Of a stretch of DNA of 64,000 nt, positions 57,982-64,000 are shown in pieces. The stretch spans positions 1-64,000 of the forward strand of contig JBNGBT010000010.1 in assembly GCA_049903315.1 (NCBI GenBank), written 5' to 3'. Each line of letters opens with the position of its first letter. Position 1 is the first letter of the stretch. The notes beneath the pieces were generated by a model. It did no database searches and had not been told where the DNA came from. It saw only the letters and a program-made list of their open reading frames with translations. Source of the stretch: Candidatus Cloacimonadota bacterium (GTDB taxonomy: Bacteria > Cloacimonadota > Cloacimonadia > JGIOTU-2). The position numbers were made by a program, and so were the translations under genes.

Positions 57982-59307
57982 TTATTTATCTTGGCGTTTA
58001 AGTTTATTTACTTCTAACTTTCCGATCTTGATCCATTGGACAAGCTGAATATGAGAAGGGCACACATAAGCGCAGGAGCCGCATTCAATACAGTCGAGAA
58101 CTCCCAATTTCATAGCTTTCTCATATTGTCCATTCTTGATCTTATCAGCAATAAATGATGGCACAAGGTTCATCGGGCATGCATCCACGCAGCGCCCGCA
58201 GTGCAGACAAGGGGCTTCAGTAGTATCGACAACCTCTTTTTTGCCCAAAAACACAAAACCGGAAGTCGTTTTCGTAGCCGGAGCTTCAAGGTTGGGAAGA
58301 GCAAAACCCATCATAGGACCACCGGAAATTATCTTTCCTATTTCTTCTTTTGTGCCATCACAATATTCAAGAAGTTGGGAAAGAGGTGTTCCGATTGGCA
58401 CTTTAAGATTTTTTGGCTCATTTACAATTGCACCACTAATCGTCGTAATCCTTTCAATAAGGGGTTTATGAAAACGAAGCGCTTCATATATTGCAAAAGC
58501 AGTTCCCACATTTTGGACAACAACCCCCACATCCATTGGAAGTCCGCCAGCTGGGACTTTACGTTTTGTCGCTGCATAAATAAGCTGCTTTTCTGCTCCT
58601 TGAGGATAACGCAGCATACAGGGAACTACATTAATGTTTTTCTGATCACGGAGCATTTGCCTGAAAATCGAAATAGCATTCTTTTTGTTGAGCTCGATAC
58701 CAATGTATCCACGCTTGGCTCCGAGTATCTTCATTATAATGCGCAAACCTGCAATGATATCTTCAGGATATTCAAGCATCAGCCGATGGTCGGATGTGAG
58801 ATAGGGTTCGCATTCCACGCCATTAAGAATGACAGTATCTATAGGACGGTTTTCAGGGGGAGAGAGCTTCACGTGTGTGGGAAATCCTGCACCACCCATG
58901 CCGCAGATACCTGCTTCCTGGATTCGTTCTTTCATTTTCTCGATGCTCAATGAGAAATACTGCTCATCGTCGATAAGTTTTGATATCCATTCATTCTTAC
59001 CGTCATTCTCGATCTCGATTGCCTGCTGAATTGTGCCCGTTGGATGCGGATAAGGTCCTATCTTGGTTACTTTACCTGAAACGGGACTATGCATAGGTAT
59101 GGAAACAAATCCACTTGCTTCAGCAATTTTTTGTCCTTTTTTGACCTCATCTCCGACTTTTACAATTGGTACAGCGGGACGACCGATATGCTGGATTAAA
59201 GGAATATAAAGTTTTTCTGGTGCAGGAAATTTCTCAATCCCTTTGTGATTGGAAAAATGTTTATGGTCATGCGGATGAATACCACCCTTAAAAGTTTTTG
59301 CGCACAT
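57982..59307 (-). CDS. rnfC: Rnf complex subunit C
   Basis: GGIHP, GMGGAGFPTHVK, NGVECEPYLTSD, YPQGAEKQL and two 4Fe-4S motifs. Confidence 0.96.
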   Translation of the reverse strand: MCAKTFKGGIHPHDHKHFSNHKGIEKFPAPEKLYIPLIQHIGRPAVPIVKVGDEVKKGQKIAEASGFVSIPMHSPVSGKVTKIGPYPHPTGTIQQAIEIENDGKNEWISKLIDDEQYFSLSIEKMKERIQEAGICGMGGAGFPTHVKLSPPENRPIDTVILNGVECEPYLTSDHRLMLEYPEDIIAGLRIIMKILGAKRGYIGIELNKKNAISIFRQMLRDQKNINVVPCMLRYPQGAEKQLIYAATKRKVPAGGLPMDVGVVVQNVGTAFAIYEALRFHKPLIERITTISGAIVNEPKNLKVPIGTPLSQLLEYCDGTKEEIGKIISGGPMMGFALPNLEAPATKTTSGFVFLGKKEVVDTTEAPCLHCGRCVDACPMNLVPSFIADKIKNGQYEKAMKLGVLDCIECGSCAYVCPSHIQLVQWIKIGKLEVNKLKRQDK

Positions 59308-59321
59308 TATCAGTCCTTTGG

Positions 59322-59356
59322 AAATTTAAAATTTAAAATTACAAATTTAAAATTAC
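59322..59356 (+). repeat. Heptamer tandem repeat AAATT(TA/AC) x5
   Basis: aaattta aaattta aaattac aaattta aaattac, between ftsY and rnfC. Confidence 0.75.
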
Positions 59357-59365
59357 ATAGATTCA

Positions 59366-60289
59366 TTATTCGAAAATAGCTTTCACGAATTCTGTTGCAT
59401 CAAAATCTTTCAGATCATCCATCTGTTCGCCGACACCAATAGCCTTGATAGGTATCTGAAGGCTGTCTTTGATGCCAAGAGCAACACCCCCCTTTGCCGT
59501 GCCGTCAAGTTTCGTGAGTATGATGCCGTTGATTGGTATGGATTCAAGGAATTTCTTTGCCTGCTGAACACCATTTTGACCTGTTGTCGCATCAATGACA
59601 AGCAGGACTTGATGTGGAGCTTCAGGGATGTGTTTTTGGATAGTCCGTTTTATTTTTTCGAGTTCTCTCATAAGATTTATTTTTGTGTGGAGTCTGCCGG
59701 CAGTATCGATCAAAACGACATCGTATGAATGAGCTTTTGCAGACTGCATGGCATTGAATATCACAGAAGATGGATCAGAGCCGTATTCCTGTCCGATAAT
59801 TGCAACACCAATTCTCTTTGCCCAGAGCTCAAGCTGCTCGATCGCTGCTGCCCGGAAAGTATCACCTGCAACAAGGAGAACCTTCTTACCATTATTTTTA
59901 AATCGCTGAGCACATTTCGCAATTGAAGTGGTTTTGCCCACTCCATTCACTCCCACGAAGAGCATCACATAGGGCTTTTCCTGGGGATTAAAATCTATAG
60001 ATTCCACATCCTTATATTCATCCCGAAGAATGGTAAGAATGATATTTTCAAGCGCAGAAAATACTTTTTCTGAACTTGTGAGTTTGTGAAGGCGTATTTG
60101 TCCTTTTAATTGTGAAATGATCTTTTCTGTAATAGAAATGCCGAGATCTGCTTGGATAAGGATGTCTTCGATATCTTCAATAAGTTCCTCATCAACCCTG
60201 CCACTCAAATGAACGATCTCTGCTATACGGGTAATAAAGGAATTGTGGGTCTTAGAAAGTTTTTTCTTTAAACTGCTCACAAGTGACAA
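59366..60289 (-). CDS. ftsY: Signal recognition particle receptor FtsY
   Basis: GVNGVGKTT, DTFRAAA, DTAGR, TKLDGTAKGG and GVGEQMDDL motifs. Confidence 0.97.
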   Translation of the reverse strand: MSLVSSLKKKLSKTHNSFITRIAEIVHLSGRVDEELIEDIEDILIQADLGISITEKIISQLKGQIRLHKLTSSEKVFSALENIILTILRDEYKDVESIDFNPQEKPYVMLFVGVNGVGKTTSIAKCAQRFKNNGKKVLLVAGDTFRAAAIEQLELWAKRIGVAIIGQEYGSDPSSVIFNAMQSAKAHSYDVVLIDTAGRLHTKINLMRELEKIKRTIQKHIPEAPHQVLLVIDATTGQNGVQQAKKFLESIPINGIILTKLDGTAKGGVALGIKDSLQIPIKAIGVGEQMDDLKDFDATEFVKAIFE

Positions 60290-60358
60290 TAAAAACTCCG
60301 AAAATTTTGCTTCAAATATTGTATTGGTAAGAATGAATCAAGTTTTTTTCAAAAAAAA

Positions 60359-60435
60359 TGGTGGGTGATACTGGATTCGAACCAGTGACCTCTACGATGT
60401 GAACGTAGCGCTCTAACCAGCTGAGCTAATCACCC
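60359..60435 (-). tRNA. tRNA-Val(CAC)
   Basis: Minus strand GGGTGAT...ATCACCC-ACCA, D-arm AGCTCAGCTGGTTAGAGC, anticodon arm CTACG-TTCACAT-CGTAG, T-arm GGTTCGAATCC. Confidence 0.96.
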
Positions 60436-60443
60436 GACCGAGT

Positions 60444-60653
60444 TTATACTTCTTTTTTTGCAAAAACTACATAAAACAAACGAATCGCGATGAGCATTAT
60501 TGGTATAATGAGCCAAACATAGTCAACTTTTGCAAGCACTGGGAAAAGCTTAATCACGATCCACATAACAAGTGCAGCAGCGACCTGAGCTAATTTTAGA
60601 TCGAAAATATTCATTCGTTTTATACGGTTATTAAAGAATTGAATAATATTCAT
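60444..60653 (-). CDS. Small hypothetical membrane protein (2 TM)
   Basis: 69 aa, fills the gap between ppdK stop and tRNA, two hydrophobic segments. Confidence 0.6.
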   Translation of the reverse strand: MNIIQFFNNRIKRMNIFDLKLAQVAAALVMWIVIKLFPVLAKVDYVWLIIPIMLIAIRLFYVVFAKKEV

Positions 60654-60654
60654 A

Positions 60655-63375
60655 TTATTTAGGATTTTTAATTACAGCTTGCGCTGCAGCAAGACGTGCG
60701 ATTGGGACACGGAAAGGGGAACAGCTTACATAATTCAAGCCTATTTTATGACAAAATTCTACAGAACTGGGCTCTCCTCCGTGCTCACCACATATGCCTA
60801 TTATTAGTTTAGGATTCGTTTTTCTTCCTTTTTCAATCGCGATTTTAACAAGCTCACCAATACCTTTTTGATCGAGTGCCTGGAATGGATCATGGCTAAA
60901 GATGCCTATTTCTTTATACTGCTTAAGGAATTTACCTGAATCGTCTCTGGAGAATCCAAAACCCATCTGAGTAAGATCGTTCGTGCCAAATGAGAAAAAT
61001 TCTGCATGTTCAGCGATCTCATCAGCAACAAGGCATGCACGAGGTATTTCAATCATTGTACCAACCTTAAAGTGCAGGTTGATGCCGTTTTTATTGATAA
61101 TTCGGGAAGCAATGTCTCGAGCACGTTTTTCTATAAAATCGTATTCATTCACATCACTCACGAGCGGAATCATTATTTCCGGTTTAGCATCAATGCCCTT
61201 CTTTTTTAGAGAGCATGCAGATTCAATTATTGCTTCGATCTGCATGTCATAGATATCCGGAAAAGTTATGCCGAGACGGCAGCCCCTGTGCCCGAGCATC
61301 GGATTGAATTCTTTGAGTTGGTTTATCCTTGCTTTAATATCCTGCGTTGATTTTTTGAAAGTCTTGCTTAATTTTTGAATCTCTTCGTCGTCTTTAAGGT
61401 CAGGGAGAAATTCATGAAGGGGGGGATCGAGTAAACGGATCGTAACGGGAAGTCCCTGCATTACTTCAAGAATTCCTTTGAAGTCTTCGATCTGATTCTT
61501 TTTCAGTTCTTCAAGCGGATATTTCCTTTCTTCCGGTGAGTCGGCAAGGATCATACCGCGGACGAAATCAATCCTATTTTCACCAAAAAACATATGTTCT
61601 GTCCTGCAAAGGCCAATCCCGACTGCACCAAAATTTCGTGCGATTTCAGAGTCTTTTGGAGTATCAGCATTTGCGTGAACATGGAGCCGGGCTCTCTGGT
61701 CAGCCCATTTCATAAGCTGCTCAAATTCTTCAGTAAATTCCGGAGATTTTGTGCCGATCTTACCTTCAAATACTTCACCTGTAGAGCCATCAATAGAAAT
61801 GAAATCCCCTTCTTTTATGACATGGTCATCAACAAAAAATTTCTTAGCTTTTAAATCAATACTAATATCTCCGCAACCTGCGACACAGCATTTCCCCATT
61901 CCTCGTGCGACAACTGCAGCATGAGAAGTCATGCCGCCACGCACAGTAAGAATACCCTGCGATGCATCCATTCCAGAGATATCTTCCGGAGAAGTTTCAG
62001 TTCGCACAAGAATTGTTTTTTCATTTCTTTCTTTCCATTTAACTGCTTCTTCAGCGTAGAAAACGACCTTGCCGACAGCAGCACCAGGAGAAGCAGGTAG
62101 TCCTTTTGCAAGAAAACGATTCTCCTTTTCTGCTTTCACCTTTTCTTTATCATCAAAACTTGGGTGGAGAAGCTGGTTAAGCTGATCCGGCTCGACGCGC
62201 ATGAGTGCAGTGTCTTTATCGATCATTTTCTCTTTTACCATATCAACTGCAATTTTCACTGCTGCATTTGCAGTGCGTTTACCCGTTCTGGTCTGAAGAA
62301 TGAATAAAGTATCTTTCTGAATAGTGAATTCAAGATCTTGCATATCTTTGTAATGAGTTTCTAATTTTCTCTGTATTGCAAAAAGCTCTTTATATACTTT
62401 CGGCATCAATTCTTCGAGAGAAGGATATTTTTCTACTCTCACCTTTTCAGATATATTATTATTTTTTGCCCAACGAATAGAATTTCCTTTTGTGATTTCC
62501 TGTGGAGTGCGTGTTCCTGCGACCACGTCCTCACCCTGTGCATTTACAAGGAATTCTCCAAAGAATTTATCCTCTCCAGTAGAAGGATCGCGCGTGAAAG
62601 CAACACCTGTTGCACAGTCCTCTCCCATATTACCAAAGACCATTGCTTGGACATTAACCGCTGTGCCAAGAAGTCCTGTGATATTATTTAACTCACGGTA
62701 TTTTTCTGCTCGCGCATTACTCCAAGATTTAAAAACAGAGTCGATCGCGGACCAGAGCTGATCATTGGGATTTTGAGGGAATTCTTCACCCATCTCATCT
62801 TTATAGATTTCTTTGTATTGCTCAACAACAAGTTTAAGATCGTCAGCGGTCAAATCTATATCAAGGGTCACTTTTTTCATGTTCTTGATACGTGAAAGCA
62901 CATCTTCAAAGAGCTCAGAATCTATTTGATGAACAACATTCCCGAACATCTGAATAAGCCTGCGATACGCATCCCACACGAATCTTGCATTTCCTGTAGT
63001 TTCTGCAAAACCCTTTACCGACTTGTCATTCAGCCCGAGATTAAGGATAGTATCCATCATGCCTGGCATGGAAACCGCGGCGCCGGAACGGACAGAAAGA
63101 AGGAGAGGCTTATGCGCATCTCCAAACTTCAAATCCATTTCTTTCTCCAGAAGATCAAGGTTAATTTCGACTTCCTTTTTCAAATTTGAAGGATAGTGCT
63201 GGTCATGTTTATTGAAATAGTCACAAATTTCTGTTGATAACGTAAAACCGGGAGGGACAGGGATGCCGAGATTTGACATTTCTGCAAGGTTTGCTCCTTT
63301 ACCTCCAAGAATTTCCTTCATGGATTTATTTCCATCGGTTTTTGTTTTACCAAAATAATACACATTCTTAGTCAT
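60655..63375 (-). CDS. ppdK: Pyruvate, phosphate dikinase
   Basis: LGGKGANL, SMPGMMDT, GGMTSHAAVVARG, GLCRTEHMF, FSFGTNDLTQ and GICGEHGG motifs. Confidence 0.98.
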   Translation of the reverse strand: MTKNVYYFGKTKTDGNKSMKEILGGKGANLAEMSNLGIPVPPGFTLSTEICDYFNKHDQHYPSNLKKEVEINLDLLEKEMDLKFGDAHKPLLLSVRSGAAVSMPGMMDTILNLGLNDKSVKGFAETTGNARFVWDAYRRLIQMFGNVVHQIDSELFEDVLSRIKNMKKVTLDIDLTADDLKLVVEQYKEIYKDEMGEEFPQNPNDQLWSAIDSVFKSWSNARAEKYRELNNITGLLGTAVNVQAMVFGNMGEDCATGVAFTRDPSTGEDKFFGEFLVNAQGEDVVAGTRTPQEITKGNSIRWAKNNNISEKVRVEKYPSLEELMPKVYKELFAIQRKLETHYKDMQDLEFTIQKDTLFILQTRTGKRTANAAVKIAVDMVKEKMIDKDTALMRVEPDQLNQLLHPSFDDKEKVKAEKENRFLAKGLPASPGAAVGKVVFYAEEAVKWKERNEKTILVRTETSPEDISGMDASQGILTVRGGMTSHAAVVARGMGKCCVAGCGDISIDLKAKKFFVDDHVIKEGDFISIDGSTGEVFEGKIGTKSPEFTEEFEQLMKWADQRARLHVHANADTPKDSEIARNFGAVGIGLCRTEHMFFGENRIDFVRGMILADSPEERKYPLEELKKNQIEDFKGILEVMQGLPVTIRLLDPPLHEFLPDLKDDEEIQKLSKTFKKSTQDIKARINQLKEFNPMLGHRGCRLGITFPDIYDMQIEAIIESACSLKKKGIDAKPEIMIPLVSDVNEYDFIEKRARDIASRIINKNGINLHFKVGTMIEIPRACLVADEIAEHAEFFSFGTNDLTQMGFGFSRDDSGKFLKQYKEIGIFSHDPFQALDQKGIGELVKIAIEKGRKTNPKLIIGICGEHGGEPSSVEFCHKIGLNYVSCSPFRVPIARLAAAQAVIKNPK

Positions 63376-63384
63376 GTTACCTCT

Positions 63385-63966
63385 TTATTTATATAAATTA
63401 TTATTATTAATGAATTCTTCAACTTTTGCAGGAACTAGTCCGCGGATGGGCTTTCCTTGCGAGCGCATATTCCTGATGCACTGTGAAGAGATGTCAATTT
63501 TTGGCATTTCCAGAAATGAAAGTTCACCACTGAAAGAAAAATCATGAGAACGATCTTTCCTATCTGATGGTCTGCTAATAATAATGAACTTAGCCAGTTT
63601 GAGCAACTCATTATACTTGAACCACATTGAGATTTCCGGCACATTATCCTCACCCATGAGAAAATAGAGTTCATCATCAGGATGTTCTTTTTTCAATTTC
63701 TCAAGTGTGAAATATGTGTAGGTAAAATCCTGGGCGTGTTCCTGTTTTTCCAGTTCGCTGATTTCAAAATATGGATATCCGCTCAGAGCCAGATGGAGCA
63801 TCTGAACTCTTAGATCAAATGGAGTTTGCGGTTTTTTATGCGGTGGATTGCCGGCAGGAATAAAAAAGATTTTATCCAGTTGAAGTTTGTCTTGGCAATA
63901 TTCTGCCATCCGGAGGTGACCGCAGTGGATTGGATCAAAGGTGCCACCAAGTATTCCCAATCTCAT
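63385..63966 (-). CDS. nadD: Nicotinate-nucleotide adenylyltransferase
   Basis: GGTFDPIHCGH, PPHK, FLMGED and ISSQCIR motifs. Confidence 0.95.
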   Translation of the reverse strand: MRLGILGGTFDPIHCGHLRMAEYCQDKLQLDKIFFIPAGNPPHKKPQTPFDLRVQMLHLALSGYPYFEISELEKQEHAQDFTYTYFTLEKLKKEHPDDELYFLMGEDNVPEISMWFKYNELLKLAKFIIISRPSDRKDRSHDFSFSGELSFLEMPKIDISSQCIRNMRSQGKPIRGLVPAKVEEFINNNNLYK

Positions 63967-64000
63967 GATCAGTTTGTTGTATGAGCGTTTATTTTTTTTA

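Noticed and set aside
58201..58953. 250-aa plus-strand ORF
   Set aside because: Antisense shadow of rnfC; the many other short overlapping ORFs in the track were rejected on the same grounds
62400..62500. Insertion in PPDK (TKGNSIRWAKNNNISEKVRVEKYPSLEE)
   Set aside because: As far as I recall this insert is common in many bacterial and protist PPDKs

Overview
A 64 kb AT-rich bacterial chromosomal segment from what looks like a diderm anaerobe (TolC, several beta-barrel proteins, Rnf, PPDK, [NiFe] hydrogenase). The lineage cannot be fixed from this window; Cloacimonadota or an FCB-like group is only an impression. In order it carries: a TetR-tolC-adaptor-RND efflux operon; fba; two tandem outer-membrane proteins; gap; a fur-feoAB unit with a candidate Fur operator; tyrS and tRNA-Leu(CAG); pyrE-ftcD; a lysine/saccharopine dehydrogenase; a membrane pyrophosphatase with Na+,H+-PPase signature residues; a ~17 kb group 4 [NiFe]-hydrogenase cluster; a phosphate cluster (Na/Pi cotransporter, PhoU-like, PhoB/PhoR, a very short sigma70-type factor, porin, pstSCAB-phoU); an MNT-HEPN toxin-antitoxin pair; rnfCDGEAB; ftsY; tRNA-Val(CAC); ppdK; nadD. 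Three things stand out. (1) The hydrogenase cluster joins an NAD(P)H-binding HydB/HydG (AsrA/AsrB, FlxB/FlxA)-type module to an Mbh/Mrp-type ion-translocating hydrogenase, suggesting a pyridine-nucleotide-linked energy-converting hydrogenase. (2) Its maturation protease gene is split by a frameshift at an A11 run ending in A_AAA_AAG; the ORF track misses its 5' half. (3) A 164-aa sigma factor with RpoD-like regions 2 and 4 but no region 3 sits directly behind phoR. All calls come from motif recognition by eye; no database searches were run.
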